DNA from: Methanomassiliicoccales archaeon
GTDB lineage: Archaea > Thermoplasmatota > Thermoplasmata > Methanomassiliicoccales > UBA472
DNA length: 64,000 nt
Direction: 5' to 3'
Assembly (NCBI GenBank): GCA_040768245.1
Contig: JAXGNA010000004.1
Coordinates: forward strand, 42,684-106,683
In this document: positions 9,825 through 19,313 of the stretch, piece by piece
Position numbering within the stretch: position 1 is the first letter of the stretch
Layout of the letters: every line of letters begins with the position of its first letter
Made by a program: the position numbers and the translations under genes
Notes under the pieces: model-generated
What the model was told of the DNA's origin: nothing
Seen by the model: only the letters and a program-made list of their open reading frames with translations
Databases searched by the model: none

Positions 9825-10493
9825 TCAGCCCTCGTAGGGGACGGGGTCCTTGGACCTGGCCTCCTTGAAGCCCTTGAGCCGGAGAACGCAGGAGTCGCAG
9901 TGACCGCATGCCTTCTCACCGCCGCGGTAGCAGCTCCAGGTGAGGTGGAGAGGCGCGCCCAGCTTCAATCCCATCTTCACGATCTCCGCCTTGGACTTCT
10001 TTAGTATGGGATGCTCGATGCGCACCGGATGACCCAGAACGCCCCTCTTCGTTCCCACCTCGAGCATGTCCTCGAAGGCCTGGAAGAACTCCGGCCGGCA
10101 GTCAGGATAGCCGCTATAATCGATGGCGTTGGCCCCGATGAACACCGCGCTGGCGTCGACCGATTCAGCCAGGCCGGCGGCCAGGCTCAGGAACACGATG
10201 TTCCTGGCTGGAACGTACGTCTCCGGTATGTCGTACCCGATCTCCTCCGGCTTTCGGTCCGGCACGGGAATGGACTCGTCGGTCAGGGCGCTGCGGAACC
10301 CGGTGAGCGGGAACTGCATGATGATATGCGGCACCTTGTAGTGAGCGGCGACCGCCTTGGCGGCGTCCAGCTCTCGCTTGTGCCTCTGGCCGTAGTTTAT
10401 GGTGAGGGCGGTGACCTCGAAACCCCGGTGAAGGGCGTAGGCCAGGGTGACCGTTGAATCCAGTCCTCCGGACAACAGACATATGGCCTTCAT
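9825..10493 (-). CDS. queC: 7-cyano-7-deazaguanine synthase
   Basis: SGGLDS, YGQRH, TYVPARN, GYPDCR, TWSCY...CGHCDSC. Confidence 0.95.
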   Translation of the reverse strand: MKAICLLSGGLDSTVTLAYALHRGFEVTALTINYGQRHKRELDAAKAVAAHYKVPHIIMQFPLTGFRSALTDESIPVPDRKPEEIGYDIPETYVPARNIVFLSLAAGLAESVDASAVFIGANAIDYSGYPDCRPEFFQAFEDMLEVGTKRGVLGHPVRIEHPILKKSKAEIVKMGLKLGAPLHLTWSCYRGGEKACGHCDSCVLRLKGFKEARSKDPVPYEG

Positions 10494-10972
10494 TTCCTGC
10501 CTCCCAGCTTCCTGCTCACCCAGGCGCTCTGGCCCAGTTCCTCGTGCACCCCCACCTCGACCTCCTTGACGTTGTCCGGGAAATCGACGTTCTCGATGAC
10601 CTTTTCCAGGATGAAATGGCAAAGCTCCTCGGCGCTGCTCTCCTCCGTGGGAAGCAGAACGACATCCTCCTTGGGCAGGGCGTACTTCTTGCCGTCGGCC
10701 TTGATGAAGACCTCCTCCCCCAGCGCCAAGGTTATCTTTTTGGAGTTGGCCGGCACCAGGACGCGATGGTCCAGTTCCTCGGCGATGGCCCGCAGCTCCT
10801 TCTTCAGGGGTATGAAGTCCATGACCATGCCGTCCTTGCCCATGTCACCGTGCAGCTTCAGGCTCACCACGTAGGTATGACCGTGAAGGCGACCGCACTT
10901 CTTGTGCCCGGCTATGAAATGGCAGGCCGAGAACCTGATCCCCGCGAACTCACCGTCGATCTCCAATCTCAT
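10490..10972 (-). CDS. queD: 6-carboxy-5,6,7,8-tetrahydropterin synthase
   Basis: FSACH, CGRLHGHTY, MVMDF, LDHR, SAEEL. Confidence 0.9.
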   Translation of the reverse strand: MRLEIDGEFAGIRFSACHFIAGHKKCGRLHGHTYVVSLKLHGDMGKDGMVMDFIPLKKELRAIAEELDHRVLVPANSKKITLALGEEVFIKADGKKYALPKEDVVLLPTEESSAEELCHFILEKVIENVDFPDNVKEVEVGVHEELGQSAWVSRKLGGRK

Positions 10973-11009
10973 GTTATCGCCCTCTCCCTATCGCCCCGGT
11001 TAGCAATAA

Positions 11010-11771
11010 TCATTTTCCTTGGTTGGCCAGGGCGGAGGCCAGGGCGATGGAGTCCTCATAGCACCTCTTGGCCCTAGAGGTATCTATGAAGACCCTGTCC
11101 AGGTTCAGTATGGGGGCGCCCATGGACACGCAGCCGTCCACCAGGTGCATGGTCCGGAAGATGAGATTGCCGGTGATCCCGTCCGGAGCGATGATCAGGT
11201 TCTTGGTACGTACCGCCTCCTCGATCAGTATCTGGCAGTGCTCGACGTCGTACCCCTCTTCCCGGCCCAGACGCTCCACCTCGATGGCATCATGAATGCT
11301 ACGGTCCACCTCAGCGCTCCTTCCCAGGTCGCCTATCCGGCCGCCGGAGAGCGCCCCGGCCCGCATCGGGATTCCGAGCTGTAGGAACAGCGGGGCGGAG
11401 CATCGTACGAACTCCAGCTTCTGTTCCACGCTCCATCCCTCATCGACCCCTACCGGGGCCAGGAAGAACATCCGGCCGCCCTTGGGCTGCATCAGCGCGG
11501 CCCGCAGAAGATGGTCCAGGGAGAACTGGGCCTTCACCTCGGCCATGGCCTGGTTCGCGCTGAGGTCGCCCCGCACCACCGCGTCCACCTCGCCGTGCCG
11601 CAGCGCGTCGATCATGCCTTTCGCGGTATCGAAGGTGATCACCTCAGCGTAACCGTGCCTTTCCGCGCCTCGGGCGCTCTTTTTGACCTTCCGCGAGTCC
11701 TCCCCCAGCCCGATGCCTACCCTGGCATGGTTGGCCGCGGCCCTTTGGAATATGTGCTCGGGGGTCAGCAT
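11010..11771 (-). CDS. mtxX: Methanogenesis marker protein 4 (MtxX-like, phosphate acyltransferase fold)
   Basis: AVVRGDL, FLAPVGVDEG, LSGGRIGDLGR, APDGITGNLIFR, FIDTSR. Confidence 0.8.
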   Translation of the reverse strand: MLTPEHIFQRAAANHARVGIGLGEDSRKVKKSARGAERHGYAEVITFDTAKGMIDALRHGEVDAVVRGDLSANQAMAEVKAQFSLDHLLRAALMQPKGGRMFFLAPVGVDEGWSVEQKLEFVRCSAPLFLQLGIPMRAGALSGGRIGDLGRSAEVDRSIHDAIEVERLGREEGYDVEHCQILIEEAVRTKNLIIAPDGITGNLIFRTMHLVDGCVSMGAPILNLDRVFIDTSRAKRCYEDSIALASALANQGK

Positions 11772-11828
11772 GAAAGGGTGATTCGCCCCAACCGATATAT
11801 TATCTTCATCAGAACCACAGGGTAGCGT

Positions 11829-13457
11829 TCAGGCCATCCTTTCCCTCAACCGCTCCTGGAACTTTGACTCGTCCTCGTATCGGTAGATGTGCTTCGGTTT
11901 GAGCTGTCCCAGCGACCGGCCGGCCTTGGCCCTCTCGTCGATCTCGGCCTGGACGTGCACATACGCCGAGGGTTTGGCCACCAGGACCTGCAGCCGGTCC
12001 AGGTCCCGGCCCATCTTAAGCGTTCCCAGCAGGTCATTGCACTCGTTGAGCAACTTTCTTTCCACCAGTCGGCGGAAGTTCTCCTCGTTCTCCACCGGCC
12101 TTTCCGGGATTATCAGGAACACCAGTCTCGAGGGTCGGCCTCCCACGTCATAGAGCTCCCACCACCGTACGTTGTCGGAGCGCTGCAACGCCTCCTGGAT
12201 ATGTCTGGAGTATATCTTGCAACCGAGGTAGTTGCCGCTCTCGTCCTGGGCATCGAAGTCCAGGGTGTCCACCGAGCGGCCCATGACCTTGATGGACGGG
12301 GATACCAACTGGCGGACACCGTCCTCCAGCATGACCTCGGTCGAGCACCTGGGGTCGACCACCTCTATCTGGTCCCCGGTGGCGTAACGCAGGAGGGGCA
12401 GACAATCCCCGGGACGGCTTATGATCAGCTCCCCGGTCATCCCGGTCTTCCACTCCGTCCAGGGTATGGCCTGCAGAGGGGTCCTCTCCTTTTTGGACCG
12501 CTGCACCTCCCGAGGGTCGGCGAGCTCGGCGATGACCCCGGGCAGGAACAGCTGAAGACCTTTCTGACCGGGCGAGTACTGTGAGGCGATGAGCGGACAC
12601 TCCGTGCTTCCCAGCACGTCATAGGCCTTCATGTCGGGATAATAGTCCATCAGAGAGCCCAGGTAGGGGCTGAGCGGCTCGGCATAGGTGATGGCGATTC
12701 GCACCGCCCGGACATTTTCCCGTAATCGGCCCAGATCAATACCGGCCAGCATGAGCGTTGCGGCCAGCCTGGCCAGGGGCCCCGGCAGATGGTAATTGTT
12801 CTTTGCCGCCCGTTCGATCATACTTCGAAAATAATCATCCTCGTGTGCGATGCGGCCGATCACGTAGAATAGCAGGGGCGTACCGGCCATGACGTCGAAG
12901 CGCTGGGCACGGGAAGCCTTGGTCACCGCCTTGCGCAGGTCGGTGTCCTGCGCTAGGAGCGTGGACATCAGGTCCGCTTCCAGAACCTTGCTGGCGTTGT
13001 GAAGTGTGGGTCCGGACACCAGGGGCTCCTCGCCAGCGATGCTCCAGCCGGTCATGCCCCTCCTGACCCCGATGAGGTGGCCGAAGAGAGCATAACTGTT
13101 GGCCATGCGCTCGATGTCCTTGGCACTGTAATATACGCGTTTGGAGACCCCGGTGTAACCGGAGGTGTGATAATAACGGTCGGCGGGTGCCAGCAGCGAT
13201 CTTTCCAGCCCATACTTTTTGAAGGCCTCGTCCATCCGGTCGTAGCCGATGGCCGGGAGCCTCTGCAGATCGTCCCAGGAACCTATGTCCGGCATGTCCT
13301 GCGCGTAGACCGGAGAAGCCCTGGCCCTTTCCACCTCTCTGTTCAGGATCTCAAGGTGCGATCTTTCGAAATCCTCAGGGCGTCTGGATAGAAAAAGCTC
13401 GATCTCGCCTTTCAGCGTAGACGGTCCGTTCGGCGATGTCCGCACGCCCAACCTCAA
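11829..13457 (-). CDS. Adenylate-forming enzyme, GH3/PaaK(F390 synthetase)-like
   Basis: HTSGYTGVSK P-loop, GSTE, GELIIS, LLRYATGD, GRS..., C-terminal GQLKPK; start uncertain. Confidence 0.7.
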   Translation of the reverse strand: MRLGVRTSPNGPSTLKGEIELFLSRRPEDFERSHLEILNREVERARASPVYAQDMPDIGSWDDLQRLPAIGYDRMDEAFKKYGLERSLLAPADRYYHTSGYTGVSKRVYYSAKDIERMANSYALFGHLIGVRRGMTGWSIAGEEPLVSGPTLHNASKVLEADLMSTLLAQDTDLRKAVTKASRAQRFDVMAGTPLLFYVIGRIAHEDDYFRSMIERAAKNNYHLPGPLARLAATLMLAGIDLGRLRENVRAVRIAITYAEPLSPYLGSLMDYYPDMKAYDVLGSTECPLIASQYSPGQKGLQLFLPGVIAELADPREVQRSKKERTPLQAIPWTEWKTGMTGELIISRPGDCLPLLRYATGDQIEVVDPRCSTEVMLEDGVRQLVSPSIKVMGRSVDTLDFDAQDESGNYLGCKIYSRHIQEALQRSDNVRWWELYDVGGRPSRLVFLIIPERPVENEENFRRLVERKLLNECNDLLGTLKMGRDLDRLQVLVAKPSAYVHVQAEIDERAKAGRSLGQLKPKHIYRYEDESKFQERLRERMA

Positions 13458-13476
13458 CAGGTTTGATATATAAAAC

Positions 13477-14469
13477 CTAGTCGGGGGTCTCTCCCGCCCT
13501 TATCTGATCGAAACGATAGTCGTCCATGCTGCGAAGCCCCAGCACCATCTCCATCTCCCAAGGGGTCAGCAGGGGAATGGGGTAATGCGGACCATCGTCG
13601 ATGGCCAGGCGAGGGCAGGCCGTGCTGACCGCCGCTTCCGCCCGGTAGGGCAGGAGGGCCTCGGCCCTTACCTCGTTGAGCTGAACGATGTCCGCCCTCA
13701 TCCCTTTTTCCCGGAGGACGTCCCGGCACCTGACCGCCAGCTCATACCTCCTTTGACCGGGCTTGTCGCAGAGCAGCACCAGCCAATCCTTGGCCGCCAT
13801 GGCCTTGGCCATCGCCGCATACCTCTGCCTGATGACCTTCTCCTTCGCGGAGGAAATGTCGTCCACCACCCCTCGGTAGGGATCTATGCACAGCACCGGA
13901 AGGCCGGTTCCCAGCGATACGGCGAGAGGATGGAAGTAACCGCTTCCCAGAAAGATGAACTGTTCGACGTCCTTCATGACGCTGAGTGCTGAGGTGACGT
14001 TACACCCCAGCACCTGGCCGGGAGCGGCGATGCGGGAATCCCCCCTGCCGATCAGGACGGTCCGGCCAGAGTCCAGAAGGGCGTTCTGCATCACCGGCAG
14101 AAGATGGACGTGCTGAGCGGTGGCCACCAGACCTATCTTGGCCTTGACCCTGTCCAGGTCCTTCATCAGGACGCCCACGGGATCGAAGTCCATGCGGACC
14201 TCCAGGAACACCGTTGGCACCTCAGGTCTGAGGTCGGGTATGGGGGCGTGGCCTACATGGACCAGCAGGTCCAATCCCTTCAGCGACCTCAGGTCGCAGG
14301 CCCCGTAACAGGGATCGCCCAGTATGATCACCTGGCAGCCCGTGGAATCCTCCAGATGGCCGGCGAACTCTCTGGCCCTGGTCTTCAGACCCTCGGGCAT
14401 CTGCAGCCCGACCAGCTTGGCCTTCCTTGAGCGGACCTCGGAGACCGCCCTTTCCATCTGCAGGTCCAT
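13477..14469 (-). CDS. dph2: Diphthamide biosynthesis protein Dph2
   Basis: LQMPEGLK, PCYGACD, HVGH, GQVLGC, GSGYFHP, KPGQ, TACPRLAIDD. Confidence 0.93.
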   Translation of the reverse strand: MDLQMERAVSEVRSRKAKLVGLQMPEGLKTRAREFAGHLEDSTGCQVIILGDPCYGACDLRSLKGLDLLVHVGHAPIPDLRPEVPTVFLEVRMDFDPVGVLMKDLDRVKAKIGLVATAQHVHLLPVMQNALLDSGRTVLIGRGDSRIAAPGQVLGCNVTSALSVMKDVEQFIFLGSGYFHPLAVSLGTGLPVLCIDPYRGVVDDISSAKEKVIRQRYAAMAKAMAAKDWLVLLCDKPGQRRYELAVRCRDVLREKGMRADIVQLNEVRAEALLPYRAEAAVSTACPRLAIDDGPHYPIPLLTPWEMEMVLGLRSMDDYRFDQIRAGETPD

Positions 14470-14472
14470 CGC

Positions 14473-15762
14473 TCACGCCCTGCCTTCGTCCGGTTCGGAC
14501 GATCTCTCATTGCCGTTCGGAACGCCGTTCCCGTTACGCTTGGCGTGTATCTCCATGTAGAAGGCGCCTATGGAGGCCAGGACCGTGGAGAGCAGGACGA
14601 CCACCACGGTGACCCCCAAGATGGCCGTGGCGGTCTCGTTGTCGAAGACCAGCGGATATGAGAACGGGATCGAGGCCATGACCGCCGCGGCCAGCCCGCG
14701 GGGCATCATGTAGAAAAGTCCCATCTCGTCGCTGGCGTCCAGTCCGATATACTTGTCCGCCAGAAGCAGAGATATATAACGGGCGAGGAGCAGCCCGAAG
14801 AAGACGATCAGCCCAAGCAGCAGGTACCAGGCAGTAAAATGGATGGTGGTGATGACCAAGCCCAGGTACACGAAGAACACCGTTCGGATAAGGAAAGCTA
14901 TCTCGTCGTGGAAACGCTTGACCTTGTCCCCCAGGGCGAACTGCTCGCCCTTTTGCTTTAGCACCTTGGCTATTTCGTCCCAGTTGCCGATGGTCAGGCC
15001 GAAAACGAGCACCGCGATGGCGCCTCCTCCGGCCTTGTCCACCAGGAAGTCGGTGACCGAGAACACGATCAGCATGGCGGCGATGGTTATCATGTATGAG
15101 AAAGGCTGCTTGCTCAGTCGCTGCAGTATCTTGGTCCACAGTATACCGGAGATTATCCCGATCATGGTGGAGACCATGAACGAGCTGACCAGAAGCTCCA
15201 CCGCGCTCATGATGTCCGCCGTATCCTGGCTCATGAAGACGATCAGCGAGGTGGCCACGACAATCACCAGCACGTCGGTGATCGCCGATTCCAGGGTCAG
15301 GACCATCTTGAGTTTGGTGGATATCTTCAACGCGGAGATGATAGGAATGACGATAGCGCCGCTGGTGCCGCCTACGATGGACCCGAGCAGAAGACACGTC
15401 TCCAGACGCCAGTCGGTGAGCAGGCTCAGCACCAGTGCGGTTATGAGCATGGAGGCCACGAACGCAATGACCGTCTGGACCAGGGATTTGCTGAACGATT
15501 TGACCACATCGCCTAAGGCCAGGTCCATGCCGGCCTGGAACATGATTATGGCTAACGCGGCCGCGGCCACGTAGGGTGTCAGTGACTCTATCCCCTGGGC
15601 CGCCTCGGAGTTGATCAGCCCGATACCTCCCGGGCCCAGGGCGATGCCGAGCACCATGAGGATCAGGACGTCGGGTGCTTTGAAACGGCGGAACAGGTAG
15701 TTGGATATGAAGCCCATGAAGATGACCGCCCCGGCGGCCAGGAATAGCGTGTCCGCGTCCAA
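14473..15762 (-). CDS. Cation/proton antiporter (CPA1/NhaP family)
   Basis: Many TM segments, TLESAITD, FFVYLG, PRGLAAA; GAGGTG SD before TTG. Confidence 0.87.
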   Translation of the reverse strand: MDADTLFLAAGAVIFMGFISNYLFRRFKAPDVLILMVLGIALGPGGIGLINSEAAQGIESLTPYVAAAALAIIMFQAGMDLALGDVVKSFSKSLVQTVIAFVASMLITALVLSLLTDWRLETCLLLGSIVGGTSGAIVIPIISALKISTKLKMVLTLESAITDVLVIVVATSLIVFMSQDTADIMSAVELLVSSFMVSTMIGIISGILWTKILQRLSKQPFSYMITIAAMLIVFSVTDFLVDKAGGGAIAVLVFGLTIGNWDEIAKVLKQKGEQFALGDKVKRFHDEIAFLIRTVFFVYLGLVITTIHFTAWYLLLGLIVFFGLLLARYISLLLADKYIGLDASDEMGLFYMMPRGLAAAVMASIPFSYPLVFDNETATAILGVTVVVVLLSTVLASIGAFYMEIHAKRNGNGVPNGNERSSEPDEGRA

Positions 15763-15846
15763 ATCACACCTCGGTGTGTAAAAGTGTCATGGATAAATAA
15801 TGCTTGCAGAAAAGTGAGGAAAAATAAGGGATTTTGGAGTGGGTTT

Positions 15847-16362
15847 TCACTTCACCAGCTCAGCGCCCTTCTCCACTTCGATGAAGCATGGGGTGGGCAG
15901 CTTCAGGGAAGCCTTCCACAAAGCCTCCTTAGCGCTGTTGAAGTTGGCGACCGGCACCCTGATGGTGAGGACGACCTGACCGGCGTGCACGCGGGCTGCG
16001 GTGCCAACGTTCTTGCCGAAGGCTCCCCTCATTCCGCTGGAGACACGGTCGGCACCGGCGCCGGTGGCGAGCTTGTTCTCCCTCAGCACGTGATGGGGAT
16101 AGATCCTGAACTTGATGTGGTAGTTGTTGCCGGGGGTCTTGGACATCACCCTGTTGGCGGCGATACGGGCGGCCTCCATGGCAGTGTGCCTGATCTGGCA
16201 GGTCTCCTTGACCTTCATGTTGATGGTAATCGGGAAGTCACCATTGGTGGACCCCAGGTCGAAAGTGTTGATCCTCAGGGCTGGAACTCCACCCATGTAC
16301 TCCCTGCGGGTGTAGGCCTGTCCCGTGAGCCTCCTGTACATCCTTGCCGGCTTTCTGGCCAT
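15847..16362 (-). CDS. rpl10e: 50S ribosomal protein L10e (uL16)
   Basis: [44 protein letters not shown]. Confidence 0.96.
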   Translation of the reverse strand: MARKPARMYRRLTGQAYTRREYMGGVPALRINTFDLGSTNGDFPITINMKVKETCQIRHTAMEAARIAANRVMSKTPGNNYHIKFRIYPHHVLRENKLATGAGADRVSSGMRGAFGKNVGTAARVHAGQVVLTIRVPVANFNSAKEALWKASLKLPTPCFIEVEKGAELVK

Positions 16363-16503
16363 ATCATATCACCTGTTATCTATCAATGCGACGGGATGGC
16401 TACATTCATATTTTCCTATATAAGGCTGATGGATGCGAAGGTGAGCCATATCACGCTGACCAGAGGGAAAAAGCTTCTTGCATATGAGGATATCTGTCTA
16501 TAG

Positions 16504-16995
16504 ATGCGCGTTCACTACGAGGTCATGACCGAGGAGGGGCTGGACCTTATCGCACCGGTCTGGCTGGAACTGAGGCAGATGCACCGGGCCAGGTCTACCC
16601 ATTTCAAGGCCACGCTAGGTTCGAGGAGCTTCGACGAAAGACGAGAGGAGCTCCTGGAAAAGGCCGCCGGCGGACTGATGAGGGTGGAGCTTGCGAGGGC
16701 CGAGGATGGGCGAGTGGTGGGATATTGCGTTTCCAGCCTGGGACCGAACATGACCGGGGAAGTGGACTCCATCTTCGTCACCGCCGCCTATCGGGGAACG
16801 GGGATCGGCACCGCTCTAATGGAGGGGGCCTTGCGATGGATGGATGGTCTGGGGGCCAAACGCAAGATAATTCTGGCCATAGTCGGCAATGAGGAGGTCC
16901 ACGCATTCTACGCCCGCTTCGGCTTCCTGCCCAGGAGCGTCATCCTCGAACAGGCCCAGGCGCCTGGCGGGAAGAGGTCGGACAAACATATTTAA
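16504..16995 (+). CDS. GNAT family N-acetyltransferase
   Basis: SIFV..AYRGTGIG..LM, GNEE...FYARFGF. Confidence 0.87.
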   Translation: MRVHYEVMTEEGLDLIAPVWLELRQMHRARSTHFKATLGSRSFDERREELLEKAAGGLMRVELARAEDGRVVGYCVSSLGPNMTGEVDSIFVTAAYRGTGIGTALMEGALRWMDGLGAKRKIILAIVGNEEVHAFYARFGFLPRSVILEQAQAPGGKRSDKHI

Positions 16996-17029
16996 CGAGA
17001 GGGCATTATCGCACCTGAAGGAGAGCCCT

Positions 17030-17374
17030 TTGAGCAGGAAGAAGGTGTCGAGCAACCAGGTGCGGGGCATCGCCCGCAAGAGGATGGACATTCTGGTCCG
17101 GCTTTCGGAGAAGGAGGCCCTGGGCGGCAACATGCCGAGGGCCAAGCGCTACATGACCATCGCCAGGCGCATCTCCGGACGCAATAAGGTTCCCATGCCC
17201 AAAGGAGCGCTGTACTGCCGGCGCTGCTCGACGCCGCTGGTCCCGGGACTGAACTGCCGGGTGCGGCTGCGGAACCATCGCGTAGGCACCCATTGCCTGG
17301 AATGCGATAATATCAGGAGAACGCCATATCTAATGGAGATAAAGGAGAGAAGGACATGCCGCCAAGGACGATGA
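17030..17374 (+). CDS. rnp4: Ribonuclease P protein component 4 (Rpp21)
   Basis: IARKRMDIL, AKRY..IARRI, YCRRC...CLEC..IRRTPY zinc ribbon; TTG start after GAAGGAG. Confidence 0.88.
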   Translation: MSRKKVSSNQVRGIARKRMDILVRLSEKEALGGNMPRAKRYMTIARRISGRNKVPMPKGALYCRRCSTPLVPGLNCRVRLRNHRVGTHCLECDNIRRTPYLMEIKERRTCRQGR

Positions 17375-17646
17375 AGGATGTTAAGAGGGTCGGGCATGGC
17401 CTGCGACCCACCGTGCACGTGGGCAAGGAAGGGGTGACCGATACCCTGATCGAGGAGATCGCAAAGCAGGTCAAGTCCAGGAAGGTCGTAAAGGTGCGCC
17501 TGCTCCCCAGCGTGGAGGAGGACCGCAAGCAGGTGGCCGAGGACCTGGCCAATCGGTCAAACTCAGTATTGATAGAGGTCGTGGGCCATACCGTGCTGCT
17601 TTGCGACCGCAAATATCTGGAAGGCAAGGGAGATATAGATTTCTAG
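17356..17646 (+). CDS. YhbY/CRM-domain RNA-binding protein
   Basis: LRPTVHVGKEGV, VVKVRLL, VVGHTVLL; usual partner of rnp4. Confidence 0.87.
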   Translation: MPPRTMKDVKRVGHGLRPTVHVGKEGVTDTLIEEIAKQVKSRKVVKVRLLPSVEEDRKQVAEDLANRSNSVLIEVVGHTVLLCDRKYLEGKGDIDF

Positions 17647-17656
17647 GGTGAGCTCA

Positions 17657-18919
17657 GTGTTGGACGTCAACGTTATAAGGGAAGATCCAGAGGCCATCCG
17701 GACCATGCTCAGGAACCGCACCTACAGCGAGGACGTGCTGGACAAGTTCCTGGAGCTGGACCAGGCCTGGCGGGCGGCGGTGGAGGAGGGAAATCGCCTC
17801 AGGAAGCAGAGGAACGAGGCCTCCCTGCGCATCGCCAAGCTCAGCGGCAAGGATAAGGCGGATGCGGTGGCGGAGATGAAGGTCGTCGCCACCAGGATCT
17901 CCGAGCTGGAGACCGAGGCCGCCGGGCTGGAGGCCCAGAGGGACGAGGTCATCCTGCTCATCCCCAACATACCTCATTCCACCGTTCCGGTGGGTGACTG
18001 CTACGAGAAGAACCGCGTGGTGATGGAACATGGGAAGGTCACCAAGTTCGATTTCCAGCCCAAGGACCACATCGCTCTGGGAGAGGACCTGGACATAATA
18101 GACTTCCAGCGCGGGGTGAAGGTGGCGGGCAGCGGCTTCTTCGTGCTGAAGGGTGACGGCGCTCGAATGGAAAGGGCGCTGATCAACTACATGCTGGACC
18201 TACATCACCGTCAGGGTTACACCGAGGTTTTTCCACCGGTGGTCGTTAACCGCGCTGCGGTCATCGGTACCGGACAGTACCCCAAGATGAAGGACGACAT
18301 GTACTGGTGCGAGAGGGACGACCTCTGGCTGAACCCGACGGCGGAGGTGCCGGTCACCAATCTGCTGCAGGACGATATTCTAGCCAAGGAGGACCTGCCC
18401 ATCTATTACACGGCATACCTTCCCTCGTTCAGACGGGAGGCTGGACGTCACGCGGAGATGAAGGGGATGATCCGAGTGCACGAGTTCAACAAGGTTGAGC
18501 TGGTGAAGTTCGTTCTCCCCGAAGGCTCCTTCCAAGAACTGGAGACACTGCTCAATGATGCCCAGGACGTGCTGCGAGGCCTGGAGCTGCCGTTCCGCAC
18601 CCTGCTGCTGTGCACTGGGGACATGGGCTTTGCCTCCGCCAAGACCTATGACCTGGAATCGCACGCCCCGGGAACGGGAAGCTGGCTCGAGGTATCGTCC
18701 TGCAGCTGCTTCACCGACTTCCAGGCCAGGCGCGCTCGTGTCAAGTATCGTCCGGAGCCGCACCTGAAGAGCGAGTTCGTACACACCCTGAACGGTTCCG
18801 GACTGGCCTTGCCCAGGACGATGGTGTCCATAATGGAGAACAATCAGGACCGGGAGGGGCGCATACGTATACCCAAGGTCCTGCAGCCCTATATGCAGGG
18901 ACAGGAACTGATAGAATAG
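17657..18919 (+). CDS. serS: Seryl-tRNA synthetase (standard type)
   Basis: IPNIPH, PTAEVP, FRREAG, RVHEFNKVE, EVSSCS, HTLNGSGLA. Confidence 0.96.
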   Translation: MLDVNVIREDPEAIRTMLRNRTYSEDVLDKFLELDQAWRAAVEEGNRLRKQRNEASLRIAKLSGKDKADAVAEMKVVATRISELETEAAGLEAQRDEVILLIPNIPHSTVPVGDCYEKNRVVMEHGKVTKFDFQPKDHIALGEDLDIIDFQRGVKVAGSGFFVLKGDGARMERALINYMLDLHHRQGYTEVFPPVVVNRAAVIGTGQYPKMKDDMYWCERDDLWLNPTAEVPVTNLLQDDILAKEDLPIYYTAYLPSFRREAGRHAEMKGMIRVHEFNKVELVKFVLPEGSFQELETLLNDAQDVLRGLELPFRTLLLCTGDMGFASAKTYDLESHAPGTGSWLEVSSCSCFTDFQARRARVKYRPEPHLKSEFVHTLNGSGLALPRTMVSIMENNQDREGRIRIPKVLQPYMQGQELIE

Positions 18920-18924
18920 GAAAG

Positions 18925-18953
18925 GTAAACGGTTTACTGGCCGCTAAGCGGCC
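18925..18953. terminator. Two small hairpins between convergent genes (likely terminator region)
   Basis: GTAAAC-G-GTTTAC and GGCCGC-TAA-GCGGCC. Confidence 0.4.
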
Positions 18954-19211
18954 TTACTTCTTTCCCTTCTTGGCCGGGGCCTTCTTGGGCTTCTCCTCTT
19001 CCTTCTCTTCCTCTTCCTCCTCTTCTTCCTCGCCCTCTTCCATCTCTTCGTATCCAAGGAAGTCGAAGAGGTCCTCTTCCAGCCCCTTCAAAACCTCAAC
19101 GGCCTCTTCCTGCTCGCCTTCCTCAAGAAGGTCGATGGCCAGGGTTACCTGGTCTAAAAAGTCCTCCAGGGTGCAGTCGAGCTCCTCGATCAGATCGTTC
19201 AGGCTAACCAT
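18954..19211 (-). CDS. Small highly acidic hypothetical protein with basic tail
   Basis: MVSLNDLIEELD...EEEEEEEEEKEEEKPKKAPAKKGKK; GAGGT SD upstream. Confidence 0.72.
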   Translation of the reverse strand: MVSLNDLIEELDCTLEDFLDQVTLAIDLLEEGEQEEAVEVLKGLEEDLFDFLGYEEMEEGEEEEEEEEEKEEEKPKKAPAKKGKK

Positions 19212-19313
19212 GTGTTTTACCTCGTCCTCCAATATCCTTTGCCAATAGATAAGACATCGGGTGGGCGAGCGGGGAAACTGGGACCATTCCCGTTCGACCG
19301 TATGCCCGACCCA

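Noticed and set aside
9193..10972. queDCE as part of a DNA deazaguanine modification (dpd) system
   Set aside because: No dpdA/tgt-like or defence genes nearby; ordinary preQ0 supply for archaeosine explains it
18990..19050. (CTT/CTC)n simple repeat
   Set aside because: Just the poly-Glu codons of the acidic protein; not a CRISPR or VNTR
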